From: Tubulanus polymorphus
Taxonomy: Eukaryota > Animalia > Nemertea
NCBI RefSeq assembly: GCF_964204645.1
Contig: NC_134031.1
Span: 4,216,001-4,280,000, forward strand
Direction of reading: 5' to 3'
Length of the DNA stretch: 64,000 bases
In this document: in pieces, positions 37,782 through 51,353 of the stretch
How the letters are laid out: each line of letters opens with the position of its first letter
Numbering within the stretch: the stretch's first letter is position 1
Program-made: the position numbers and the translations under genes
Notes under the pieces: model-generated
The model's database searches: none
Told to the model about the DNA's origin: nothing
The model's input: only the letters and a program-made list of their open reading frames with translations

Positions 37782-39709
37782 GGGAATGATTTTGCTATAG
37801 CTAGAAATAGTTAAAGAATGCGAATGATAGTTAATGAAACTGTTATATTTATAGCATCAGGATTTACGGTCTAAACGAATCAGCCAAATCGTTGTAGGGC
37901 CTACAATAGAAGAGATCTACGTTCTTTTGTTTCGTGTTTTATATATAACAGGAGACTTCAGTAATCCGCCGTCTGGAGTGGATATTCGGAAGTCTTCTCG
38001 CCACACGTACCGTACGTGTATCGTGACGATTAAGTAGTAATATGTACGGTTTCCTGTCGTACAGTCATACCGCAGAATGTAAATCTCATGCTTTTCATCT
38101 TGACGATCGCTATAAATAATAGCATTGTATTGTACTTGCGCTCCCCCGACCAGCGGTCACAGTAATATAGAAATATATATGGCTTTAATATCAGCGAAGG
38201 TTGTACTTTTTGCAATGTGACTTAGTCAGTTGAAGAATCATACGATTAACGAACATTTCTAAGATACGCATTTCCCAAGCTCAATTCCTTGATCTTTCAT
38301 TCTATCACAAATTACTCCTGGATATGATCTAAGGAAGCCGAATGTTTCTTTCCATAGTGTTTTAAAATATATATTTATTCACAAGAATTATAATATAGCT
38401 GGACGAGACATAATGAAACAAAATTTGATATCGGTATGCATCAGTAAGTAGAAGTTTGCACTTTCTAAATCTAACAATCTAATCATCTAAATACATTATA
38501 GAAAATATATGCATATTGTACATTGGGTTATGGCGGGCGGAGACACAAAATAAATGAAATGGTAACTGTTTCAGTCCTTTGAAAGGGAAAGACGATCGAT
38601 TTTGTTAAGCGTGACAACCCTAAAAACGCTTTTATTATCCAACGAAAGTAAAATTCATGACATGAAAAAACATTTTTGAAAACTTCAGGTCTTTATACGT
38701 TTTTTCAAAGCGACCTCAGCGTATACATGGGAGGATTTTTGAATATATACCTGAATGATCTAGATCCAGCCGTGTCCTGAAAATACTTGTATTTGTATTT
38801 CCGCTTTGAAAAATGCTATCAATGACTACATCACAATAATCTACAGTTAAACCGCTTTCCAAATAAACTCCATAGCTACATTTGCCTTTAACTATCTAAG
38901 CATTGAGCTTCGATAGACGACATTTGAAAAGCGCATTGCATACTTTGAGCCATCGCAAGAAATTGATATTTTTGTCCCATTTTCAAATGCAACATCTTTG
39001 TATAACGATTATTGGGGCCTACAGTGGCTACGTGTTTTTGCGATTTATTGTCGACTCATGGCACCCTCACACCCCTGTCCGGCCAAGGCATAAGTTACGG
39101 TTCAGTCGGTGGCGCTTTAATCCTGAAATTCTGGTACTTCGGAATGATTGCTTTCGGTCGTAGGATTAACGGAGGACATGTTTTCTATCAAAACCTTTTC
39201 GCCCGCTTTTAAGATCCTACTCGGAATACACAGATCTTTGTAAAAGTTCTACAAATAGAAAATGCATTGCCTGTAAACGGAGATATCATGAAACTAACAA
39301 CAGGAAACTACGCACGCCGAAATATAAATATATTACGATTTTGTTCAAAATGGTGAAGGGAATGCATTTGTCTTTTCCACGAACGACGTAATCTATTGGA
39401 TATGATCAGTAAAAATGAAAATGATATGGCATATCATATTAAGCAGCTCCCCCGCAATTCTTTATTAGTCCAACATATCCGGTTTCATAATCCATTATCT
39501 TGTTTTTCCCACTAATGACCCCGGGATGATATAGGCGACTGATGCTCGGTATCAACCTGATACTTCCTAACCTTCCCCAAACGCATATTTTATTCACTTT
39601 ATATAATGTGACTAGATATACTTCCAACCAATTAGATCTTGGAATATGGTTACAATTTTTCAGCAAATACGGGCTTGGTTTCCGAGCGTCCAATAATACG
39701 TCGTTGCGA

Positions 39710-40542
39710 TTACCGAGCCTTTGGATTTTCAATGGAAATGGAGGAGATATACGGGCCATAACGATGTATTGACTCCCAGAGATCAGTTACAATGATTATA
39801 CTTTCCGTAGCCTGGAGAAAAATAATTGATGTGTGTATCATCAAGGAGGCGGTTATTTTGTGTTGAGTTTATAGGATCGTATTGGTGAAGACAAAGTGCG
39901 TTATACTTTTCTTATTTTTTTTTTCGATTTTTATATGAGTACAAAGAAAAACCTTGCTTCGATGGACTTACAGATAACTCTGACCTGTTGATAGATAAGT
40001 ATTTTCTTTTTTTAACGGCTCACTCAGTGGCGGATCTAGGGGCCAGGCCTCATCCCCGCTCAACGTTCCGAACGTTTTTTTTTTTTATTTACTTGGCATT
40101 TTCCCGAATACCACCGTGCCCCGGCTCGTGGTGTAAACATACAATAATCAACTAATTTCCTCTTATTAGAATTAGCTCTAAAAGGCGAGAAATTGCACCA
40201 TTTTTCTGAGTAAATTTTCTAACTCCCCAAGACAGCCCTAGATCCGCCCCATACGCAAGAGGAAACATATCATACCTGTCCCATGATGACAATCTTCCAA
40301 TCGGGGTCGGTGCTGCGTTCTGAGCGACGTCTTATTCCGATACAGCGCGGAAATTGAGCTATTTTGTAAAAATCAAAATTGAAAGGATTGTTTCGTCGTA
40401 GAGGATATCGGCGACCGTAGGCCTCTTTGGCTTTGCGTATTGCATCTCCTACGTTCATTCGAGGCAATAGAACGACCTCCCTGGAGTATTGTATCACCTC
40501 CCCTAGATCAGTTTTTTCTTGCACAGTTACTTGCACTCCTCT
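39710..40542 (-). CDS. Exons of an uncharacterised protein (40542-40276, 39811-39710); possibly a transcobalamin-beta/DUF4430-like domain
   Basis: Strong acceptor TTTTCAG|AGA, donor CAG|GTATGA and acceptor TTCTCCAG|GCT, all phase 0. Translation VQVTVQEK..VVLLPRMNVGDAIRKAKEAY..NNPFNFDFY..DWKIVI. The domain call is pattern resemblance only. Confidence 0.4.
40025..40252. mobile_element. MITE family D (GGCGGATCTAG TIR, hAT-like)
   Basis: CAGTGGCGGATCTAGGG ... CCCTAGATCCGCCCC. Confidence 0.65.
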
Positions 40543-42021
40543 CTGAAAATGTAAGAAAACAGCGATTCGTTAGAACTATTGAATGATAAAAGCGAACTGC
40601 TTTAATCAGAATGTTCAATTAAAAAGATGAGTGGAAATGGTGGGGGGAAGATAAGACAGGAATGTAATGAAATACCAAAAACTTAGAGACGTAATAATAT
40701 GGGAATGCGCCTCGATTCCGCGCGTGTTTACAATTTGAAATGTTACGACGACGTTTTGAAAGCACACGGGGTTTAGATTCCACTTGTTTCGAAACGACAA
40801 AACTTGCAAAAGTTATTTTGTAAACAAAACACCGGAGCTGGAGAGTTTCCTAATCTCGTATCTTTATTTGAATTACGGTGTACGCGTCAACACTTGAGTC
40901 GTGAAAGTCAGTCAGTCGTAATGCGGGGGAGGTTTAAACTATAGCTTGAAGTTAAAAGACAAAATTAAATCTTTTGCGTTTCCTGCTTTAATCCTTATCC
41001 CTCGGTGCCATTCAAACATTCACCTCACGTGTTTATGCATTTATCGGGTCAAGGTTTATTGACGCCGTAGAAACCGTTAAAACTTGTAGTTAGTTAACTA
41101 TCTTATTGCAGATTTTAAAGGTATATTTATAGATGCATCAATGCTACTGCCAGCGACGGTTGCGACTTCTCCGAAAACGTGACTGGTTTCAGGTCCACCA
41201 GGCGCGGCTATGGCAAATTTCCGTGATAAGTGGCTTTATATTAAGATCACTTTCGCCGTGATCTAACAGCTTTCGGGTGATCACCCGACCGAATGAGTTC
41301 AACAGTGGAATGTTCCCTATGATTATTTTCGCACTGAAATGATTCTGTTGAAAAAAGTTGCGATTTTCCGGTATTCGGAGTATCTAGTCAAGAAAGCGAT
41401 CCTACATAAAATGAGAGCGCGGGTTTTCGTTTTACAGTTGCGCTTCACTGTCATCAAACGAGGTTCTTTTCTGTTAGAATAGAAACAAACCCACACACGA
41501 ATTTCCGGATGATTCTTTTTCATTTTTCTTGAAGGTTTGAAGACGTTTCGTCTGCATTCTAGCAGATGCACGATGATAAGCCGCATTCGAAACGTCAGGG
41601 AAAAAAATGCCATATTACTATTTCAGTGCGTGTTATTTCTATACCAGTAACACGATTCAATTTATTTTCTGAGCATAAACGCTTCTTGGAAAAAGGGAAT
41701 TTTACGCTATGGACCTTTAAGTATCTGCTATACTACTCACAGGCGGCGCTGGTAGATTGCGGTGTGGTAATGACGTAGATGGCGGCGGACGTAGAATTTG
41801 TCGTCTGTTTTGGTCATGAGATCTATGCTGAAAAAGAACAACAAATCAATCAACTTCGTTGGTTTTCATCATCTTCTTTTCTAGGTCTTATAGGCGAAAT
41901 TGGAAAATCCAGGAATACTTGAGAGACATATGACTAATATGCGATTGAGAAGTTCTTAGCAAAACCGCAAAGAACGAAGTCAACAGACACTCTTTAGGTA
42001 TTTTTGAGGAAAAAGCTCTCG

Positions 42022-43247
42022 CTACGCTGTTATTTTGATTGGGAAAGCACTTAAAAAAGCCAATTGAGACTTGTCTCGGGGGCTCGCATTGTGTATTTCG
42101 TGGTAATAGCCCTTGAAAATCGGAAAATAGATTACACAGCCACACGATCGTCGAAGAGGTGGACTAAAAGGTGCAAATGAGATTTCAATTAACAAGTTTC
42201 CAAGTATCAAGGTCGGGTTCTCTTGGTGCTGATTCCTATATGAATAAGCATTATATATCTGAAATTTAAGAAACCTCCAATGAACAATTATCAGTTTATT
42301 TTTGAGATCTGAGAAACTTCATAGATGGGCATCGATATGCGAGGTATACGTGTGATCAGGATGGAAATTTTAAACACCGCTTTGAGGTTCGACTTTGCTC
42401 TATGGCGAGACAAATCGCAGAAATTGTCGAAATTGCCAAAAAAAACTCATCGTAATTAACTTGATGATATTCGTACTTTTCATGCCACCGTTATCGTGGT
42501 AAAAAGCACCAGGGATCAGAATGAAATGAAATCCACCGGGTAGACCGTGGTAATTTCGTTAGGCGTTGAGAAGTTTCCGTTGCAAAATTTATTATGTGAA
42601 ATTAACCCAAAAAAAGTTATTCGTGAACATTAGCGATACCACTTTCTTTTTTGCTTTGGCGAAAGATTTTGATGCACAATTTCGATGTAAGTAAATTCCT
42701 ACTTTTAAAACAGAATTTTGAATCAAGATCAGACACCACCCTATAATTGATCAGTTCATAGCGAAAACCTTGCAACCCAGCCCAACAAAACAACCGCTAT
42801 CAAATAGATTTAAAAACCGCGAATAAGAACTTCCGTGGCCGAATTTTACGCAGAAGGATGAATGGGCCCATACACTTGAGAAATTTTCGGTCTACTTACT
42901 TTTATTGCGGCGAGATATCCTTCGTTAACTATATCATGGATTATATCTACGGATGTATCGTGTCGCAGTATGATTCTTTTTACTAGAACTTTCAAACTTT
43001 CCAAATCATCACCAACACCATCATTCGTATCGGGATGGCATCCGACGTGAAATCGTATATTTCTCGTATCCCTGGACGGTTCAAGTCTTTGCGACGTATC
43101 CATCGCTTCGTTGTTTTCCCTATCTAGTTCTTTTAACAATCGGCGAAATATGTTTAACGAAGTTGAACTAACTATTGATATTTGAAGTAATATATAAACT
43201 ATAAACAAGGTCGTGTGAAAACCGCTGGAATACTTTCGTTGTCCCAT
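42022..43247 (-). CDS. Uncharacterised secreted protein; exons 43247-42900, 42258-42022 (may splice on to the 40542 exon)
   Basis: Signal-like N-terminus (TTLFIVYILLQISIVSS), donor AAA|GTAAGT, acceptor TTTCAG|ATA in phase 0, open to stop 42022. Confidence 0.45.
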
Positions 43248-44022
43248 CTCCTATGCCGATACCTTTCTCTATGTTCACTTCCAATGAAAATGCTCTATCA
43301 TTTAAATCCTACATACATATGTATATATAGATATAGAATAGATGTATATATGACGACGACAGGTCCTTAAATGACGTCAGCAACCTGGACCACACGTTGA
43401 AGTAGTTCGTTTCGTTTCGTGAAGTTAACGTGTTAGAACAATGCGTTTCCCCTCACGAACACTCGGTAGGCGACCCGTCTTCCGCATCCAACTGATCTAA
43501 TTACCGAGTCGTCACAGAAGCGACATTTGCCGGCATGGTTCTAGCGTTAAATGAACGAACGCGGTACCTGGTGATGCGGGGGCGTTAGGAGAACGGCGCC
43601 GATTTCTAACAGTTCATTCACGTTTCGTTAAAGGAGTTGAATGGAATTCCGGCAAATTACGGCGATTTTCAATTCTGATTACATGGAGTCAGTAGGACGT
43701 GCTGAAATATCTTCTAATACGATATAACGCTTTTTGGTTAATAGTGATGAAATAATGGGAAAATCCATTAAAAAGGTTGTTTGTAGTTATTTTGTTAAAA
43801 GCATCACCCTACGTGGGTGAACCGTGTAATTCACGTGAACCTTATATGCTAAAACAAAAAAGAACTTCATTTAATAATCTTTTTCGTATAACTCGTATGT
43901 ACCGTGAAAAAGTAAGCGTTGAGCGATCACATGGCGATCTAAATGAAACTTGATTAACTTAATGTTTAAAAATCGCTGGTGGAACATTATATTATAAATC
44001 ATATCACGTATCATGCTAGACA

Positions 44023-44067
44023 GCACAACAGACGACGATCTCTAGTGTGATATCGAAATTTCGTGTT
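44023..44067 (+). ncRNA. Decayed copy of the 36796-36843 hammerhead
   Basis: CAGACGA-C-GATCTC-TAGTGT-GATATC-GAAA-TTTC-GTGT: same stem II loop, but mutated core (CAGA for CUGA). Confidence 0.45.
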
Positions 44068-45437
44068 TTTTACATCTTAGAAATTCTCGATTTCAAATTC
44101 TTTAAATTGTGCGTAGTCGGTTTTCATTATGCTAGGCAGATTCTATCATTACAAATACGACAGTGGATGTTTCCTATTGGTTAATGAATTGAGGATGGTT
44201 TTCCTGTGACGTTACGTGGCATAATTATTAATTGTAATTTGAAATGATCCCCTGCGGAATTAATCTACAAGCTTGTAATCTAATATTGTGAGTTGATATG
44301 ATACCGGTCTGTCAACGTCATCTTTCCCGTCATTATATATGTATGTATAGAAACTTTTACGACAAGTGCATGATCATATAACAATATTCAGTACAAAGAC
44401 GACGGATAACCGTATACAACAATAATGTTTAAATATTTTTTTCTATCTTAAAATAGGGATTGACCCTGTATTTGATCGATTTCGTTTTGATTTTCTGTTT
44501 TGGTGTCCCTTACAAACCCACCACACCTACCAGGAGCGAAACGGGTTTGATTTTGAAATCGGAAATCGAAGTACAGATATAGTTGTGTGATCAGCGGTCG
44601 AGTTTGATTACAGAGTTTTTTGTTTAAATCGAAGTACATAATTGGAAATTTCGGTACCGGTTCATTCAAACAATCTTCCAATCAGCCTGAACCGGCAAGC
44701 GACTGATTGGGGTTCATTTTGTTGGCTGCCTTATTTTATACATCGAGATTTTGAAAGTAACTATATTGCAAGGATTAAACATCATTTATCCATTTTTTTA
44801 TTTTTTTGGGTCGTTTTCTGCGTGTAAATAGTCCGAAAGTTTATTGTAGTTTTTTTCCTCGGGTATGATATATTAGCACGGATGTCTTCTTTCCACTAGC
44901 AGTACTGGAAATGATAGGTTATATTGATAATATCTGTTGAGTTATAAATGAACAGACTATCTGTAAATACTTATGGTGAAGGGTGTCTATGTTACATGAA
45001 TTACTTAAAAATCTTAAACATTAGGAAATATCAGTGTTACTGCGTACATTCCTCGGAATAAATCTTTCCCACTCATCCCTGTAAAAAGGGCAGGAATACG
45101 TGAAATTCGTCTTCTACACATCCATGTTGAATAACTGGCAAAGTCTCCCCAAAGTATCTCGTTGTATTGTACACTGCTTTCTAAGGATGGTATACCTTCT
45201 ACGATACCACATTTTGATGATCAAGTTGAACCATTCATATTCGCGCCATCATACATGTGATTAAAAACCCTACCTTTTTGTCATCGATAGAAATGATGGT
45301 AGTCTAGTACCTAGCCGTCGTTCCACAAACAACTGGTGTTGTAGGGAACCGGTAACAACGACTGGTATTCAGACTAAAATGATGGCAGATATTCACATTC
45401 AAAAGGTGATACGGCAACAGTAAAACCCGCCTAACTC

Positions 45438-45561
45438 GACTGACTGACTGACTGACTGACTGACTGACTGACTGACTGACTGACTGACTGACTGACTGAC
45501 TGACTGACTGACTGACTGACTGACTGACTGACTGACTGACTGACTGACTGACTGACTGACT
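45438..45561. repeat. (GACT)31 perfect microsatellite
   Basis: 124 bp of uninterrupted GACT. Confidence 0.98.
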
Positions 45562-47662
45562 CATCAGCAAAATTGGTCCGAGTAATGCGGAGTCCCGAGA
45601 CAAGGACCGGAAATGAAGATAGGAATCAGAAATTTCGTCCGAGTTGCAGGGGCGGGTTTAGGGAAATTGGAAGGCTGGGATCCAGAAGAAAACAATCTTT
45701 AACGATCTTTGCAGGTTTTAACGATCTAGGTCTTGGCGAAAAGGGCGAACTCAGTCAGACCCCGAGATCACCCAATAAATTCGAGATTCCCGAGTTGGTC
45801 CATGTCTGAATAAGGGGAGGCGTATTTACGGGACTGGGTCCAGTTGACAACGTCACCCATAAATCACACGATACAGAAGTGCAATTGGGCCTTTTGTTAT
45901 CATGACAATTTTTCAACCAAAAAATCCTTTTTGTTTTGCCCGTCCTGATTTTCAACCTAGTAACATTACTTGTAAGTTATATATATTCATCTTAATTTTC
46001 AGCGTCATGATTCGCAAAAAAAGTTGGTGTTTTTCATTTCTTCCATCATTTGAATTGAATTCATCACAATTTTCATCGATTTTCACTTTATTAATTTTTT
46101 CTGCAGTCCTTCCGAGGTTTTACGTGGAAATACCATAGAAAAATTTTTTCTCTATTTTTTTCCTGTTCCCTTCCATCCTTAAAGCGTCGATTATCTATTT
46201 TTTTCCCTTCACCCTCCCGTTTTTTTCTTGAAAAAGAATCCGTACTCCAGGCAACTATAAAAGAAGGCCTTATATTCCTTAGTATTTGCTAAATATAGAC
46301 ATCGTCTGCCAGCCTGACGTGAATGAAGGCGACTTTTTAAAAGGCCCTAAACTCGACTGAGAATCTTGGATTATGAAAACAAACGCATTAAATATAAATA
46401 ATTCACTATCTACAATGAAAAACATTTATTCGTCTAAGCAAACGTTTGTTTTATATACACAACACAGAGAATAAATAACACAACTGTACGACATGACTGT
46501 ACGACATGTTTTTAACAAGCAAAATGATCAGAACCGATTTTATTCGAACTGCTTCTCAAATTTATACGTCTAAAATTTCGAATGACACAGTTTTAGAATT
46601 TTCAATGTGACCTCATAAATGCGACTTGCTTTAGGCTCTAAACGGCTCGAATGATATCTTTCTAACTATGTTTAACGTCATATTTTCTACTTATTCGAAT
46701 GAACGATGACTAAACATAAAACGGAAACAAAGCATAAGTAATAAGAATAAATACGTAGTGGGTTTTTAGAGTGTGGTTATTCTACCAATGCGTAGGTTTC
46801 TGTAATGCAGGAGACGTGCAATGAAACCAATTGATTTAAGTAACGTATTTCTAGGAGTTAAATACAAAAATTTGTTTTTAACAGATGATTAGTTTCCAAC
46901 TACAGTTACTCGAAATCTTCGAACCCTAATAATAGTTGTTACAAGAATGATCCCTGGACGATATGAATAGTTTACACCTATATCCATTAATAGAACATAC
47001 AATATTGAGAATGCAGTGAAATCTCGCCGAACTTCTCTTTGCCCAAGACGGATGTTAGGAATTTTTTCATGCCTAAATTCATTTTTGAGATAGTAAGTAG
47101 ATCCCTCCGTTTCGGTACAATTGCTCAAATGGCGAATTCTTGAGAACGTTTCTTTCAAAATAACTTTCACTATTATTTCAAGATGCAGTCAATTTGGTGA
47201 AATACTCACAGTGCCAACGATACCCGAGAAAAGTACCCAAGTGGAATCTACTGTCAACAATGCCCGAGTAAAGTGAAGTCTACTGTCCACTATACTTAAA
47301 TTCAATCGAACAATCATACAAGCAATAGAAAGAATTTACAGCATATAGAATTCAAACACAGAAATACATTCAAAAAAATAACAATTCACATGATTAGATA
47401 TGGAATGATATTCGGCCGGCAGGAATCAATGTTTATGAGTATGCATCTAAATCTGCCGGCAGGAAAAGTTTTCATAGCCAAAATATTACACACTGTAAGC
47501 TAGAATGAATTGAAAATGATACGGAATATATTTTTTCTTTTGTCAGATTAGCGAAATAACTAGTAATCAGATTTGAAAGGATCGACGTATTAAAAATAGC
47601 GGAATCTACGAAGTAGTGAAATGAATAGTGGTAGTGTAGGGTCGGTAGACTGGTCGGATATC

Positions 47663-50637
47663 TCATTCGCGATCCCTACTCGCGTCTTCGATCGCGCCGC
47701 GATGTTGTCGATCTTGCCGGCGATGTCGATGGTTTTCCTCGCGGTTACGTCGGTCTCGTCGATCCTGCAGCGACCGATGATGATTCATCGGTCGCGTCTT
47801 TTCATCCCATTCGCTGCGGAACCGCGGTAGATCTTCTACAAGTAACGAAAAAATGGCGTCGTTGTCTTACATTGAATTCAACGCATATGAAGCCGGGGAT
47901 TTTTTTCAGATCCAGATTTAAATTCATTGCTCCCGAATTTAATCAATCTTTTCGAGTACAAAAGTAAACAGTTTAGTCATACTGTTATAGATACTCCAGA
48001 TTTTATAAAGTATACGCAATTCAATGTACACAATGATGGCTACATGAGGTTGCCTTCTGCCTTAGATATTTGGGTCTTGTGTTGTAAAAAGATTCATAAA
48101 TTTTCTTAAATTTTGGAAAGTAACTAGTGGTTGCGGTACCTGTGCACCGTCTTATTAAACTATCGATATTCAAACTAAACTGTACTCAATATTCATCTAT
48201 CTGTAATTTAGTGATCATGAATTTTTGTCCTGAGGATTAAGAAATTCAGTTCAGGGCGATACGTAAAGTATCAGACCAGACTAACTACCTGATATCTCTG
48301 ATAGTAGCAGTTTTCACCAAAAATTAGTCATTTCATCTCAAGTTCAAAAGAACTGAACAATTTTCTGAGTATTTTATATTTTTGGGAGTAGTTGACCTCA
48401 TAAAATGCGTAGGAACAAGTCTCAAATAATAGTTTTAGTCAGGTGTGAAGTATGTGCGTTCAAAGTCCGATCTTTTAACTCCCTGTACGCAATTTGAAGT
48501 ATTACCTATTATAGCGAGAAGTGGGCAATTTCAGAATCCGATGGAAATCTAGGTAACGCATGAATAGCCCTTCGATTCTAAATAACGTACATTCTTTCGA
48601 GACTTACCTTCGTCGATGTTGATGTATTCCTGATTTTCATTTTCCGTACGAGCGTTCCTGTCTCTCGAACGTTCAACAACGTGGCCTCGGTCGCCGATGT
48701 GATGCCCGATTGCCATTTTATCGATTCCACGTCGTGAATCACGAACTGATCTCTGAGTTTCTTTAATCTAAAATAAACAATGAACAAAAACAAATTATGA
48801 CTGGTAGAGACTGATAGTCCTATTGAACAAAACCCATAGTTGATGATTTTTCAATTCATTTTCTGACAGTTTCGACTTCATCATCGGAGAAACCAAAAAA
48901 TGTTTTATCTAATCTAGTTTCATGTTTCATTTCCCCGATGATGACGTTTAGTCCTAACTTCCAGACTGTCAGAAAATAAATTGAAAGATCGTCGATTATC
49001 AATTTACAAATTTCCCGAATTTCCCATGGTTTTCCATTTTTTAACGCACACAAAATTCCCGTAGTAAATCAGATAAATTGTTTTGGTTCAGATTGTTACA
49101 ATTCATTGAATTTTTTATGAATCACGTATCGATAAAGAAACATGTGGTCAATAACATATCCAAATTCCCTGAGTTTTCCGTGTTTTTTCTAGATTTTTCT
49201 GATTCCCCGAGTTTTCCGGGCAGCGGCTTCCCTGTCTAACATGATGTCCTGAATGATGCCAGGACAATATGAAATTGAAATAATGAATGTCTGAAGTGGT
49301 GGGTCGAGCCAGCAAATTCATCGATGTTTCCTGCACTCAGTGAATATTAAGCTTACCCCGCCAGGTGCTGTCCGCGTTGATGAAGTAGCCTGGTAAATTT
49401 GCGGTTGACCGTTTTGACCGGGAACGTTTGAATAGGACATCACAGTCGATTGTGTATAGCAATGCGAATTGGGATCATTTTGAACTTGATGCTACAAAAA
49501 GAAAACAAAAGTTTCATTTAATCATCAACCAATCTATGAACTGATTTGACTCTGGACTGGGTCTAGATGTGGGATGTTCCTTGAGGTTTTCACACTATAG
49601 TAGTCAAGTATCTAGCTATTTTCTGTTAACAAGGAGTATCAACTGGTATCCAGATAGTAACTAGTCAACTTATCATTGGTGGTAAGCTTTCACAATCGGA
49701 TGGACTTATGATAACATCCGATTGTGAAACTAAACCACAGGCAAGTTTCTAACTGACCACTTATCATTGGTGAAAGCTTTTATGATCAGATTGGCTTTTA
49801 GAAATAGGCTTATCCAAGGTCCTATTAAGACCAAGGCCTATATCAGGTATGTGCTTACAAACCAAAACTGTCCGAGCTGGGCCACCTAATATCCTCTCAA
49901 GCAAAGTTGAAATAGGCATTAGTATTCTGACAACACACATGGTAGAAAATCAAAATAAAGAGGAAATTTACGAAACTTACAAATTGTCTCTGCATATTTC
50001 CCATCATGTTATTCATTTGACTGTGCATATTTCCAATCATACTGTCCATTTGACTGAACATATCGATCGGAGCTAACTGGCGACTGGCCGCGACACCGCG
50101 ACGGACTTCTCCGTTGGTGATGGCGGCCGCTGGGTTTCGATCCATCGGGTTGAACGGTTGGAAGAAACTGTCATTAAACATCGACTGTACCCCTTGCATG
50201 TGTCGACGATGACCGCTGAAAACAGTTCACGAAAATGACTTTTAATATTTTATTAATATTATTAGTATCGCTCTTTTTTGAGCTCTCCTCTGTGCTGGTT
50301 GGATAAACTAATAATAGGTATATTTCCAGTCGATTTCTCTATAGACGAGCAATGTACTGCTAAGTCTAAATCAGGCAGTCCTGTCTTGAAGTTTCCACAA
50401 TCAATAATGAAGAAATATAAATAACTGAGAATGCTTCAGGTACCCTTATATAGGCGCCCTTTATGATATTGATAATGATTTATGGAGTAATTTCAACTTG
50501 TTTCTGGACGGACTATTCTGGACGACACCCGTTTTTTGTGGGTATTTCTCGCATATTTATCACGTCCACGAATGTTCCAGAACCTACCTGAAAAATGGGT
50601 CATCGTCGAAAGGTGAGAAAAATCCTCTTCCGAGCAT
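47663..50637 (-). CDS. MLF: Myeloid leukemia factor, ~250 aa; exons 50637-50588, 50215-49981, 49491-49357, 48767-48608, 47835-47663
   Basis: FDDDPFFS, Met-rich region, PNSHCYTQSTVMSYS..PQIYQATSSTRTAPGGIKETQRSVRDS..KMAIGHHIGDRGHVVERSR..ENQEYINIDEE; in phase (753 nt). Confidence 0.95.
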
Positions 50638-51353
50638 CTTATAATCGATTTTAGGGCTAAATTCAGAGAAAGGATTTTTGCAGCTGTCAAAATCTTTCGT
50701 GGCGTATGTTGACAAGGAAACTACGGACGACCTTGGATTGTTCTGGAACATTCTACGCTTCCGCTTCGCTCTATTCGAATCCCACAATTAACGCAATTCA
50801 ATTCAAATCATTTTTTTTTTCTTCCTCAGTTTACAATACGATGCACACACCATATGTCGAAAGTATGCTCTTAATATCCCGTAACCTTAGCTTAAGCACG
50901 ATGATAACCAATGGTACTTTGCATTCAATTACGATTTCTCAATTATCCGATTAGATTAAGAAAATTTACCATTCAAGAAATAAGAAACTAATGTGTACTA
51001 TTATTTGGCCTGCTGAATGACTTTTCGCCCATGTATCATTTGCCTTCGCCTACAGGTTGTACATTTATCAAAATGATTAGATGAACGCATTAGAATAGGA
51101 GTCGGGTAAGTGCTTTAATATATCTTGATTCTTTCTAGATGCTTTTAATTCGTTATTTCTGTACATTTTGAATGCTATCTGGAAAGAAAAAATACACCGA
51201 ATAGTGTGCCGCGTTCCCACTAGGAGTAGGGCAAGCAAAATAAAGGCCTTGTTTTACAAAAATTAAGTAACTTCGTTAATGAATCAATTTATAAAAAATG
51301 AATTCGTTTAGATTTTTGGATCTTTATTTCGATTTTAGATAAACATTATTAGT

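Noticed and set aside
41540-41580. Additional hammerhead (stem + GAAACGTC on - strand)
   Set aside because: The CUGANGA core box is absent.
45304-45603. ORF with SQSV repeats
   Set aside because: It is the translation of the (GACT)n microsatellite.
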